A stretch of DNA of 64,000 nucleotides. Origin: Proteromonas lacertae. Taxonomy: Eukaryota. Of this stretch, positions 11,887 to 25,121 are shown in pieces. The notes under the pieces are model-generated. The model was not told the origin of the DNA. It did not search any database and worked only from the letters and a program-made list of their open reading frames with translations. Position 1 is the first letter of the stretch. Each line of letters begins with the position of its first letter. Where the stretch lies: assembly GCA_002245135.1 (NCBI GenBank), contig NGBS01000616.1, forward strand, positions 1 through 64,000, in the 5' to 3' direction. A program made the position numbers and the translations under genes.

Positions 11887-14222
11887 ATGAGTAGAATGGT
11901 CCAGGAGAGTAGAGTGTATGATCTATACTACGGTATGTTAATAATATGTAATATTTTTAGATCCAGTATATACTTCTCCGATGACTCAATTATATCGACC
12001 TACAGCAGTATATATAAATATATTATTATTTAATTTGGTTTAGTCTTATCCATCAGGTGCTGAATTACAAACAATGGTAGAAGGTCCTAATTTACAAAAA
12101 TACCACAAACGTGCTATGAATCCATATATTTCATCAGTTCCAGCTGAAATGTATTAATTAATCTATTAATAACTAATAGTTATCTTGCCCCACCAATGCC
12201 AGATAGAAATCCTTTACAACCAATAGAAGAAAAACCAATAGTAGAAAGTCCAACTCGTACAGTAGCAATTCAGACAATGTATAGAGAATCTGATGCACAA
12301 ACAGATCCTTATACTCCCGATTTTGTAGTTCAACCAGGTGTATCTCCAGAAATATTAACATTATCAAACTTATATTGGGGTCATGGTTTACCAGCTGGTC
12401 AAGTGGAATTAGAAATGATGCAACATCAAAAAGAAGTGAGAGAATATAATGCTGTTTTACCTCCGCATACAGACGAAGCTTCCTTTGAAATAAGAAAGAG
12501 ATTAATGGAAGAACAAGAAATGAATGAATGGCAAAGAAGAGAAAAAGAAATTGATGATTTACAGAAGGAGAGGTTAGATTTATTACAAGAAGCAGTGATA
12601 GTAAGAGATCAAGAACAAATGGCATTCCAAGAAGAAAGAGTTGATGCTTTAAGACAAAGAAAATTAGAAGAAAAAGAGACTAAAGTGGCAGATATACAAA
12701 GAAGAAGAATATTAGCATTACGTAAGTTAGCCAAGGCAAAGAAGAATATAGAACCGAAGAAAGAAAGAAGAGATATTATAAGTGATTATACTGATTTTGG
12801 TAGTAACACATATGCTCCAATAACAAGATTAGGTTTATATCCTGACGATCATCCTCGTGATTATGATGTATTTACTAATGATTTAGGTAAAATTGAAGGT
12901 ATTAATGATTTAATACAAAGTATTCCAGCAAGAACATTGAATTTGAGTGTATCTAAACCAACAAAGACTAGACCATTAAAGAGAGAAGAAAGAATTGTTC
13001 ATACTGAATTAGAGAAGATGAATGATATATTAATAGCAAAGAAGGAGAAGGAAATCAAGAAACCATACGTATTACCTGAATGGAGAAGACCCAAAGAAAA
13101 GATTATTAGACCACCTACACCAACACTCGAAGAAGAAGAAGATCAAGAATTCGAAAATGCAGTGTTGTTATTACAAAGACTTATTCGTGGAAGAGCTATT
13201 CAAAATCTTATGTTTGATGGAAAAGAGAAGAGATTGGCTTTAATTAAAGAATTGAGATCAGATGAATATCTAAGAGATATGAGTGAAGAACTAGAACAAC
13301 AGACGTTAGAACAACAAGAGAAATCGAAGAGAGATCATATGACTGAAAGTGTAGTAGCAGCTGCAAGTGGTGAAGTTATTGCTGGCACAGTTGATTTCTT
13401 AAGTAAAGAATTAATACGTGTTAGAGAACAAAGAAGAATTAAAGCACTTATTAAGAAAGCTGAAGAAAAAGAAGAGTTAGAGAAGCTGAAGAAGGTGGTA
13501 GACGTCAAGCTGAGCTTGAGATTAGAAGTAGAAAACAAGAGATATATAGAACAATAATAAAAGTAAATCAAACAACAGTAAAGACATTATCAGATTCATT
13601 ATTTGATAAAGTGGTAGAAGAAGCAGCTGTTAATAAAGCATTAGAAAAAGTCAATCATAAGAAATATACCTTAAATCCAAGTATAGTGAAACTAGAAGAA
13701 GAAATAAATCCACCAGTCGTGTTAGTTAGAGATTTAGTTGCTTCATTCTTAATGCCAGAAGTGGAAAGACAAAGAGTTGCTAATCTAGTGAAAGAAGAAC
13801 AAGCAAAATATATAAAAGCAGCTCATGAAACAATAATAAGTGCTGAGAAATATATATCAGATTATCGTGAACCTCCTCCACCAGGTGTTCTTCCGATTAT
13901 TTCTGATCCTAAAGCAAGTTATATAAATGGATTGAAAGAGAATTTGAAAGAAGAAAGTGATTCTGAAGCATCAACTCCAAGAAAATCAATTGTTATTGAA
14001 ACACAAGGTGAAGTTGAAGAAATGACAACTGATGCTATGGAAGAATCAATAGTGATAGGTGGTGGTGGTGGTGATAATAATAATACTGAAAATGTTGATA
14101 ATGGTGAGAGTGATGAAGTTGCAACACTTCATGAATCAATAAAATTAAGTACATTAGGTGAGGTTGAAGAGAATAAAACAGATGAAATTGAAGAATCTGA
14201 ATTAATAGAACCTCCAAATTAA
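11887..14222 (+). CDS. CFAP91: Cilia- and flagella-associated protein 91 (MAATS1/AAT-1), radial-spoke/CSC component
   Basis: N-terminal SRVYDLYYDP across a short intron; signature QTMYRESDAQTDPYTP...LYWGHGLPAG; LLQRLIRGRAIQNLMFDGKEKRLALIKELR. A 1-nt shift in the A-run at ~13465-13470 restores RRVREAEEGGRRQAE and joins ORF 13611-14222. Confidence 0.9.
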
Positions 14223-14692
14223 ATTGTCTATTTTTAATTAATAAATCAATATAAAATTAATTATTTTCAATTGTTTTGCTGTTCTTTATATCAAACAACA
14301 GAATTAGTAAGCTTGATTACCTCAAACTATTCTTTTTTTCATTTTAAATTTATGAGTAGTGATTGTTTTGCAACTAATGTAAAGGATGTATGATGGAAAG
14401 AGAAGGAAAGTCATACTTATTTATTATTAATATACATCACTCAAACACCTGTAGTTTGATAATTGCCAGATTAATCTTTTCGAATTCCATTCTTTGAATA
14501 GATAATGAGTAATAAAACAATTATCCATGTCATTTTCTTTATATAAGCTTTACAGCAAGCAAAAAATGAGATTAAAATACTTCTTCAAGCTTTTGGCTTG
14601 ATTGATTTTCTTTTTTTGGATAAATTTCACCCATTTCAACAAATAAACAATATTAGAATATAATTATGAAATGTCTATATGAAATTGTATAA

Positions 14693-17268
14693 CTACATCC
14701 TATTCAAATCTTGTATATCTAAATCATCTAAAATTTCTCTTTCTTTCAATTCTTCAAGAGTGAAAATACCTTCTATCTTACCACATTTAGAACAAAAATA
14801 ATTGAATTTATTATCATGATTCACTTTACAAAACTCTTTAGCACACATTGAACAAAGATAATGTCTACACTATATATAGTATATAAGAAATGTATATACG
14901 TTTAATTTAGCTATTTTACATCCCATAGTTTTTAATTCTGCTTTGTTCAAACCACACAATCTACATTTTACTTCAGAGGATGATGTTTTTATATCCTGTA
15001 AATGAACTGTTGAAGGTTTTTGAAATCTTTTAGTTTTTAAAATATTCGGTTGATCAACACAATATATTTTCTTATTAAGCACAATGTTATCATCATCATC
15101 ATCATCATTTTCATTCATTGTCTCTTCTTTTTCAATATTATCTATTCTAAATTCTCTCTCATTTTCATTATGATTGATATTTACATATTCATTCACATCT
15201 TCTTTGTTAATACCTTCTTCGTCTATTTCTTCATTTAAAAAATCTTTCTTCTTTTCTTTTCCTCTTTTGTCATTATTTGTATTATCATCTTGTTCTTCTT
15301 TATTCATCGATTTTTTAATAAAATCTTTAGCTTCTTTATTTGTAATATACTCTAAGTAGTCTTTATTATATTTTATATTCTCTTGTATATAATCTTTCAA
15401 CAATTCTTTAGTTTTATTATCAATTAATTCGAAATTATTTATCACTTTAAAAAACAATTCTTTATCTCCATATACCACTAAATCAGAAACTGCCTTTTCT
15501 ATTATTACATAATATATAAATATAAATATATATATACCATTAATCAACAATTTTGAAAAACATTTAACTATCATTACTTTAACACTTTCATTTTTACATT
15601 TTAAATATTCTTGTATAAGGTTTATATTAGTAATCAATGGAATAGTATCACATTCTATATTAAGCTCTATCATTAGAATTATTGATATTATTTTAGTGAT
15701 TATATTATCATATTTTATTATTTCTATTAAATCCTCTTCTATATCTGACACTTTTAACACATTCTTATAATCATTATCTTCTATTATATCATCATCTTCA
15801 TTGAATGTATCATTATTAATTGATATATAAGTCTTCAATATTATCTCATTTAATAATTCACATTTGCATTTAGGTAAATCAATATAATGTCTTTTAGGTT
15901 TATCCATAAACGTATTTACTGCACATTTACTCTGTAAAGTATTAAAATCTTCTACAGATAGTTTATTTCTATCAATTTCATTCCAATCTATTAAAGATAA
16001 GATAGTATTAAACTGATGTTGAAGTTCATTAATTTCTATATATATATATTATATTATATTATATACTTGGTGAATTGATAATATTATGATAATAATACTT
16101 CAATAATTCAGATAAAAGTGCATTTTCATTAGGCAATATAACATTATCAATTTTTAATATATAATCTAACTGTGGAATTGAATAATTAATCAATCCATCT
16201 ATAAAACAATAAATAGAATAATAGTGTCATTAATATATACATTTAGTAATGAAACTATAATAATGAAGTCTTAAATAATCTTCCATTTTCTTTATTATCT
16301 TTTTATTCTCATTATTATTAAATAAATCAATGTTATATAATAATGTATGTATTAATTCATTATTCATATTATCAATTATGTAGTTTATACATTTATTATA
16401 TACTTCAAATTCTTCAAAACATATACATACTCTTATTAAATCACATACATTGTCACTATCAATATCTATTCCTCCAAAATAATAATATTTAAATAAACTC
16501 TCTATCATATTCTTTGATAAATATCCATCTAAAGTGATTTGACTTTGATTATTCCAACTCTTTAATACATTGTCTATTTTTTTATTGTTTATGCATAATA
16601 AACATCTATTTGCATATATTATTTCATTGTTTATTATGAATTGAATATCACTCATATTGGTGTTTATTATTTTTTCATATAATCCATCTGGTGATATTGA
16701 TTTGTATATTCTCATGTGATTGATTTTATTTTTTGCTTCTTTCTCATCATTTTTACTATCAATTTCACTGTCACTATCACTACTATCACTGCTACTGTTG
16801 CTGCTATCATCTCTTTCAACTTTAGCTTTTTGATTTGCTTTTCATTAATTTTGGTTTATTTTTTTTATGCCATTGTTGTTGCGGTTGTTGCATTTGCTGT
16901 TGTTGTTGAGGTGGAGGTGGCGGAAGGGGAGATGCTTGAGGTTGTAGTTGTTGAAATTGAACTTTTTGAAGAGGAGTTGATATACTGTTTAGTTGATTAT
17001 TATTTTGTGGATATTGAGGATATGAAGCAGAATATGATGGCTGTGGCTGTGTCATAACTCCTGAATATGATAAATATGGATTGGGATGAGATATATTTGG
17101 TATAGAAGTAGATAAACTCTGTTCAATTGTTTGGTTATTTGGTAAGTTTATACATTGTTGAGGTTGTTGTGGGTTTTGATAAGGAGGCTGATAAGCACAA
17201 TTTAAATTGTTGATTGGTGTAGTATTGCAATATCCGCTTTGCGGAGAAGTGTTGTAATTATTATTCAT
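14693..17268 (-). CDS. Q/P-rich, BTB/POZ(+BACK-like), helical region, C-terminal C3HC4 RING protein
   Basis: BTB in ORF 16230-16715 (SDIQFIINNEIIYANRCLLCINN...LFKYYYFGGIDIDSDNVCDLI). Removing the 14870-14899 intron gives CRLC-x18-CRHYLCSMC-x16-CSKC. Several short introns and at least one frameshift near 16825. Confidence 0.7.
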
Positions 17269-17399
17269 AAATTCAATCCTTTTTAAAAAACAAAAATCAA
17301 AATGTTTGAGAAATGGCTTGAGTTAGTCATTCACTGTGAAAGTAACACAATAGAAGTATAATAAGTTTTTTATATTTATCCCATGTAATAACATTTATA

Positions 17400-19060
17400 T
17401 TATAGTCATAATCAGTTTATAATAACAATAGTACAGAATTGCATAATTAACTCCACAATTGATGCAGTTATTTTGATGGCGGAGTTAGATTATTAGATGG
17501 GATTGAAATATTCTTTCTAAGAGGCTTTTGTGATGCTTCTTGACGATGTTGTTGTATTTGTTGTTGTAATTGCAAAATTTGTGGAGATGGTACAGGCTTT
17601 TGTTGTGATATTGATGAAGGCAAAGATATAACTGATTCAACCTCTTCTTTAGGAGGTTGAGGTTGTTGTTGCGGTTGTTTTGGTAAAATTTTTTGTTTTA
17701 TTTCTTCACTTTTAACCAAACATACTATTGATTTTCTTTCATCCTCATCCAAACTATTTCTTATAAATTTAATCACACTGGACTTATTTTCTGTATTTTC
17801 ACAATTCAATATATCTGACAATATAGTATTTTCAATACCAAAACGAACATGTTCAATAATTGATTCTATTTATTATAATCTATATAATTATACCATCATT
17901 AAAGAAATGTGATAAACATTCGATTATTAATATTCTTTCTTCTTCATTTATTTTATACAATTCTATCAACAATTTTGTTAATTTTTCTATTTCTTTTTTG
18001 TTAAGTTTTAATTCATTCTTTTTTATGTTTAGTTTTTTCATTATTCTTAATATGGTTATTATTTGTATTAAACATTTACTATTTGTTAAATATTCACTTA
18101 TCTCTTCAATTAGTTCTTCTTTATGTGATGTAAGATATTCACAATCTTCGTCTATTTAGTTTATATTTATAATAATGATATATGATATACAATACATATC
18201 TTTTATTTGATCAATATTCTTAAATCCATTTAATATCATTTCATCTAATACTTGGTTGCTAGTATGAGGTGTTCTTCCATACTTTCTTTTTGTTTGAGTT
18301 GGAGTTTCATTATTATTCATTATATTAAAATCTATTATATTTTTATCCTTTCTATCTATCTCACGAGTATCAATTTCATTCCAATTTAAATATTTCATTA
18401 CTTCATTATATTTTTCTTTTTTATCTTCTATTCTTTCAGTATTTTCATGATAGTGTTTTAATATTTTATTTAACAAATACTTCTCACTTGGGATTAATAT
18501 GTTCTCAAGAGTCATCATATACTTAAAATTTTCAAGATTTAATGTTTTAAACACATTCTCATCCTTTAATATAGATATACAATATAATCTGATATAGTCG
18601 CTTACAACAGTTTTTATATCGTTTAAACTATCGGGAATATCAGCCATCATATTCAATATATCAATTGCTAGCTTGTTGTTTAGATGTTTCAATATGAAAA
18701 TCCTGCATTTGGCTATTAATTTCACTTCATCCAAACAAATGCAACATAACAACAATTCACTTACATTTTCTTCATTAATGTCAATTATTCCAAATCCATA
18801 ATACTCACATAGCAAAGAGAAGGCTTTCTTTGTAATTTGGTCAGGAAGAGGTATTGGAGATTCAGCTTTTTCATTTCTTATTATAGATTCAAGTCTATAA
18901 TTTGATACACATAAAATTGATTTAATTGATTTCACTTCTTCATTTTCTATCTTTAAAACTACATCATAATACTGTTTTTCTATCATTTTTGAATATAATC
19001 TATACATCATAAGCATTATATGATATACCCATTACCACTACTTTCGTTTATTACTCTCAT
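17400..19060 (-). CDS. BTB/POZ(+BACK-like) protein, paralog of the 14693-17268 gene; 3' end uncertain
   Basis: ATG at 19060 followed by a short intron, then YDVVLKIENEEVKSIKSILCVSN...LCEYYGFGIIDINEENVSELLLC and a BACK-like ILIPSEKYLL. Continues into ORF 17468-17821. An off-frame CINCG follows near 17450-17467. Confidence 0.7.
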
Positions 19061-19173
19061 TTTGTTTATGTAAATATTTTCAAGCTTTTATCAAACGTGG
19101 TTATGTAAAAATTTAAAAATGTGTATGTAAAAAGCAAATAATCATGATAATAATAAAATAATTAATATAAAAG

Positions 19174-20097
19174 TTATTGCCTTTGCAAATCTTGTATATC
19201 TAAATCATCTAAAACACCTCTCTTTTTTAATTCATCTAAAGTAAAACTACCTTTATTTTTACCACATTTAGAACAAAAATAATTATATTTATTATCATGA
19301 TTCTCTCTACAAAACTCTTTAGCACACATTGAACAAATATAATGTTCACACTAATGAATATAATAATCTTTTATAATATATACATTTAATTTAGCTATTC
19401 TACATCCAATTTCTTCTAACTCAGTTTTACTCATATTACACACCTTACATACTGCATTTGATGGTATTGAAACTCTACCATTATTATTATTATTATTGTT
19501 ATTGTGGTTATTGTTATGGTGATTATCATTGTAGTTATTATTGTGATTATTATTATCTTCAATCTTCGGTTTTGGTTTTGTATCTTCTTCATCTGAAGAG
19601 CTTGATGATGTTGAAAACTTTCTACGATGTTTTACTATTACTTTCTTTGGTTTTGGATTAATCTTAGCAGGAGGAGGTGATGGTGGTTTTTGAACTTGTT
19701 GTTGATATTGTTCTTGCTGCTGCTGTAGAGGAGGTTGTACTTGCTGAGGAGGTATTTGTGTAAATGGAGGTTGTTGAAATGGAGGATTAAATGGTTGAGG
19801 TGGTGGTTGACTTATAGGAACTTGTCTATTTTGTGTAATAGCAGGAACTTGATTGTTTACAGGTTTAACATTGTTATTTGAAAAGGTATTTTGATTAAAT
19901 GGTTGTTGGAATGCTTGTTGCGGTTGTTGTTGATTTTCATTTTCTACCATATCGTTTGCATATGCTAATTGCCTATTTAAAAGGTTAGGACATATGTAAT
20001 ATTTGGATTTGCCAACATGTTCATATGGATCTACAATATCTTGAGAATTGGGTATATAGTGAATAAAATTAAAACTATCATGAGTATTCACTTCCAT
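19174..20097 (-). CDS. Q/P-rich low-complexity protein with C-terminal C3HC4 RING
   Basis: Splicing the intron after AKLN (~19351-19383) gives CKVC-x18-CEHYICSMC-x16-CSKC...GVLDDLDIQDLQRQ*. The last exon is nearly identical to that of the 14693 gene. Confidence 0.8.
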
Positions 20098-20248
20098 TAT
20101 ATATCTTCTTGCTATGTAGAAAGAATTTTTAAAATTCTCTATTCAAGCTTTTTTTATCAAGCTTTCATTCTGTTTTTACATTAGATTAAACAAAAAAGAA
20201 AAATTGATTATAATGATGATATAGAATATAATAATATAGTATGATTAT

Positions 20249-22949
20249 TTAAATGGTAACACCATCCAACTCATCATCAGGATCAAAGTGAGGAATACTT
20301 CTTGTTCTCTTCATTTTAGTAACTCCTCCATTAGCATTAGCATCTGGTCTAACACATTCAGAAATATGCCAAATATCTTTAGCATATTCGTTAATTGTTC
20401 TATCTGTACTGAATTTACCCATACCAGCTACACTTAAGATGGACATACGTGTCCATTTACTAACATCTTTATAAGTCTCATCAGCAATCTCTTGAGCTTT
20501 TACATAAGAATCAAAATCAGTTGTTAATAAATAATAATCATTTTCACCTTTTAAGCAGTGTAAGAATGGATCAATTTCATCACCAACACCATAAGAACCA
20601 GCTAATAATTGACCTAATACCAAAGCTAAAGCATTACCAATAGGTTTAGGTAATCTTTTACCTCTATTTTGGTAGTTTGCTAATCTTATACCATCTACTT
20701 CATCAGCTAAAGCTCCAAATATGAAAATATTTTCTTTGCCAATACAATCTGCTATTTCTACATTAGCTCCATCCATTGTACCAATAATCAAACATCCATT
20801 CATGGCGAATTTCATGTTACTTGTACCAGATGCTTCAGTTCCTGCTGTTGAAATATGTTGAGATAAATCAGAAGCTGGGATAATTAATTCTGCTAATTTT
20901 ACACCATAATTTGGTAAAAATACTATTTTATATAAATCACCAATTTCAGGATCATTATTTACTAAATCAGCAACAGTATGAATTAATTTTATTACTTTTT
21001 TAGCAAATGAATAAGCTGGTGCAGCTTTACCACCAAAAATAGTAACTCTTTTTACAACAGATGATCTTTGTTCTGGTTTCATTCCTTTAATCATATGATA
21101 TCTTGAAATACAATACAAACAGTTCATTAATTGTCTTTTATACTCATGAATTCTCTTAACATGAACATCAAACATTGCATTTGGATCAACAGTAATACCT
21201 TGAGATTCTTTAATATAATTTGCCAATTTGACTTTATTTTGATATTTTACATCATGCCATTTAGTTTGGAATTCTTGATTATCAGCGATATCTCTTAATC
21301 CAGATAATAAATCTAAATTCTTTACCCAATCATCAGTTCCTAATGCACTTGTGATTAACTTACTCATTTCTGGATTTGATAACAACATCCATCTTCTTTG
21401 TGTAACACCATTAGTCTTATTTTGGAACTTATCAGGAGTCATTTCATAGAAATATTTGAACACTTTTCTCTTTAATATTTCACTATGAATTTCAGCAACT
21501 CCATTGACTGTATGTGAGCCAACAATACTAAGGTTTGCCATTCTAATTCTCTTCTCATAATCTTCACTTGTTAATGACATTACTCTTAACCTTTCCATCA
21601 CATCAGTTGTACCTTGGAATTGTTTATTCACTTCAGCTAAGAATAACCAATTGATCTTCATTATAATATCATAATGACGTGGTAATATTGATTCAATCAC
21701 ACTACAAGGCCATGATTCTAATGCTTCTGGTAATATAGTGTGGTTAGTATAAGAGAATGTTTTTGTAGTGATATTCCATGCATGATCCCAATCTAAACCT
21801 TCTTCATCCATTAATATTCTCATCATTTCTGGTATACCTAAGGATGGATGAGTATCATTCAATTGAATTGATATCTTATTAGGTAATTCATCTAGGTTCT
21901 TATGTCTTCTCTTAAATCTAGTAATAACATCTTGAATAGTTGCACTGACAAATAAATATTGTTGTCTTATACGTAATTCTCTACCTGTTTGTGTAGAATC
22001 ATCTGGATATAAAACACTTGTTAATGTTTCTGCTATTCTTTGACCTTCTAAAGCTTTAGTATAATCACCAGTATTGAAGGATGTTAAATCTAAATCATTC
22101 AATGGAATAGCTCTCCATAATCTAAGATTATTACAATTATGAGTTTTATAACCTGGAATTGGAGTGTCATAAGCCACCGCTTGAACCATTTGACCACCTT
22201 CCCAAAATACCATTTCTTTACCATCTACATACTCTTTACGTAGGTTACCATAGAATCTGACGGGATATCTTACATCTAAACGTTCAATTTCCCATGGATT
22301 TCCTAATTCTAACCAATCATCTGGTTGTTCACATTGCCAACCATTACTAATAGTTTGTTTAAACATTCCATAAGTATATCTCAAACCATATCCCCAAGCT
22401 GGTAGATTCAAAGTGGCCATTGAGTCTAAGAAACAGGCAGCTAATCTTCCTAAACCTCCATTTCCCAAAGCAGCATCATTCTCAAGATCGTATAATTCTT
22501 CAATGTTGAAACCTAAATCTTTCAAAGCTTGACGGTAATTGTCTTCTACATTCATATTGATTAATGAATTCTGTAAGGATCTTCCCATTAAAAACTCCAG
22601 TGACATATAATTGACTGATTTCACATCTTGTTCTTCGAAATAATTCATTGTATCGTTAAGATCTTCGATTAATCTGTCATGGACACTGTGAGCTGTTGCT
22701 TGAAGAGCTTTAACTTTATCTAAGTTAAATCTTGTACAAGCAAGAGTGTATTCTACATGGTTTACAATGCTACGCTTGATTGTATGAGTGTCTATATTAA
22801 TCATTATATTGTTGTAATATACCATTTGACATGTAAGTAGACATTAAGTTCCATAATTTCTCGTTCTTTGAGTTATGGCCAATCTAATGAATGCAATGTA
22901 TTAATATAAAATATACCTCTGAAGCAGGTCTATCTACGTGAGAATCCAT
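20249..22949 (-). CDS. PYG: Glycogen/alpha-glucan phosphorylase (GT35)
   Basis: YMSLEFLMGRSL, LGNGGLGRLAACFLDS, QLNDTHP, YTNHTILPEALE, KRIHEYKRQ, and the PLP-lysine motif EASGTSNMKF. Two short 5' exons (MDSHVDRPASE / IGHNSKNEKLWNLMSTYMSN). Confidence 0.97.
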
Positions 22950-23236
22950 ACCTTTTCTATAGAATAATTAGAATAAGATAGTTATATGATCAGAAAAATA
23001 GAGGAAAATGCAATACAATAGTAAAACAAAAATAATAGAAGTATAAGTGGATTTAATAGATACTCGGATCTTAAGAAGAGTAAGATGAGAAAATTAAACC
23101 AATAAGGTTTGGAAGATTCAAGTTTTCTTCGTTTTAATAAAATTCTAATTCTTTATTGAAAATGAGAAATGCTATTTTAAAAACAATTGACTTTTTAAAA
23201 ATCACATAAAAATTAACTTATAAAATACACTACTTT

Positions 23237-23811
23237 CTAATCTGGCATCATCATACTGACATACGAATCAAAATTGATATACCCTTGAGCATTTGTGTCA
23301 AGCTATTTATAATTATTACATACGATATATTATACTTGTGATACTAAATCTTTTGCTTGTTCTAAAGTCAATTTATGAGTTCCAAATTCAGTTAAAGCAC
23401 GAATTACATCATTCACATGAATCATATTGGGTGGGCAATTCTCGCCTTGAAATACTTTAAATGCATTCTTCACTTGTTGTGGAGTATAATTTGAATTTAC
23501 TTTCTTTGACATGACAGCACAAAATTCTGTAATAAAATTATTCGATAAACTATACCATCAAAATCAATTTCACCATTACTATCTTGATCAATTTCTTGTA
23601 TCATTAGAGATATTTCTTCCTAATAAATATAATAATCCAAAAATACTGGACGTGTACTAACACCTAGTGTGTCTAATAACTCTCCTAGCTCAGCTTCTGA
23701 GATAGAACCACCACCATCCTAAAAATAATGATTGATTATTATAAATACTTTATCAACCAAGTTAAAAATATCTCTAAATTCCTGAATTTCTTCTGGAGTC
23801 AAGCTATCCAT
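23237..23811 (-). CDS. Calmodulin-like EF-hand protein (5 exons)
   Basis: Spliced translation: MDSLTPEEIQEFRDIFNLVDK-DGGGSISEAELGELLDTLG...EIDQDSNGEIDFD-EFCAVMSKK...AFKVF...LDTNAQGYINFDSYVSMMMPD*. EF-hands 1 and 2 are canonical; EF3 is degenerate. Confidence 0.9.
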
Positions 23812-23931
23812 TAAAAAAACTAAAATCAAAACGGTTATAAATAATTACAATGTAAATTACACAAAAATTACATTTTCAACAAACACATCAAGATATATAT
23901 CTACTCTCATTATTTATTCAATATTAATATG

Positions 23932-24965
23932 TCAGTTACTATTATTGTTTTTTGGAGGAGAAAAATGTGGTTTAGAAGAAGACGGTCTTATTTCAACATT
24001 GTGAACTGGAACAGGTATAGGTATTTGATTAGGAGGTGGTTGAAATGACATTGATTGCGGTGGTGGTGGTGGAGGAGGAGGAGGAGGTTGTGGTGGTTGC
24101 TGGTATTGTAAAACAGTAGGTTGTGGTTGTGAATAAAGAGGTTGTGGTTGTGGCTGTGAATAGTATGCAGAAGTGGCAGGAGGAGAATAATTCATATACA
24201 ATGATGGTTGTGGTTGTGATTGTGCTGTTGTTGGAGAAGGAGAGTAATTAACATATTGTTGTGATTGTGGTTGATTAATTATTACTTGAGGAGAATATTG
24301 GGGTTGTAGCTGTGAGTTTGAAGTAGCAGAATTCATATATCTTTGTTGTTGTTGAGGTTGATATTGTGTATATGGAGATGATAAATGCTGATTTTGTTGA
24401 TTTGTTAATGGCTGTGTATATAAATGCAGCTGAATGTGAGTTATTACTATTATTATAATTATTATATATTATAGAGTTATTACTTGGTTGAAAATTCTTT
24501 CTCCATTCATCATCATCCAACCCTTTTGGTATTAAACATCTTCTTTTTGGAGATATAAAAGCTGTTTGTTGCTATTGATTTGTTGTGATTGATTATTTTG
24601 AATTTGTGGCTGTGGTTGTAGTTGTAGAGGTTGTTGTGAGGTTGTTGTGAAGGTTGTTGTGAAGGTTGTTGTTGTTTTGGTAATTGTAAAGATTGTTGTT
24701 GTAGAGGTGGTTCAGAGGATGGTAAAGTTAAATAACTAGTTTCTGTTGGTATAGAAGAACAAAATTGTTGTTGCTGTTGTTGTTGTATTTGATTCTGATC
24801 TGAAGATGGCAGAGTGTATAGACTGTTATTTGCCGATGTAGTAAAAATAGGAACATGATTTTTTATTTGCTCTGTATTAATATTATTGTTATTTAATGGA
24901 TATAAATGATCTTGTTGTTGAAAGTTCTGTATATTAAAGCCACTACTATTATTTTCTTGATGCAT
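23932..24965 (-). CDS. Q/P/S-rich low-complexity protein with no recognisable domain; frameshifted (possibly a truncated family member)
   Basis: ORFs 24513-24965, 24275-24520 and 23932-24336 are consecutive frames of one Q/P-rich coding stretch. Confidence 0.5.
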
Positions 24966-25121
24966 ATCTATTTTGAATCAAATATATCATATTATAAAGA
25001 ATACTATCCATCTGTGTAAGTCAAAAAACAAAAATAAAGAAATTAAAATGGGTTTATGTAAATTTAATATTTTTACACCACAACAAATAAAACAAAATAA
25101 TGAACAATACATATAATATTT

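Noticed and set aside
9890..13475. Programmed ribosomal frameshifting at A-runs (Euplotes-like)
   Set aside because: There is no consistent AAA-stop slippery context, and shifts across the window go in both directions, which fits sequencing indels better.
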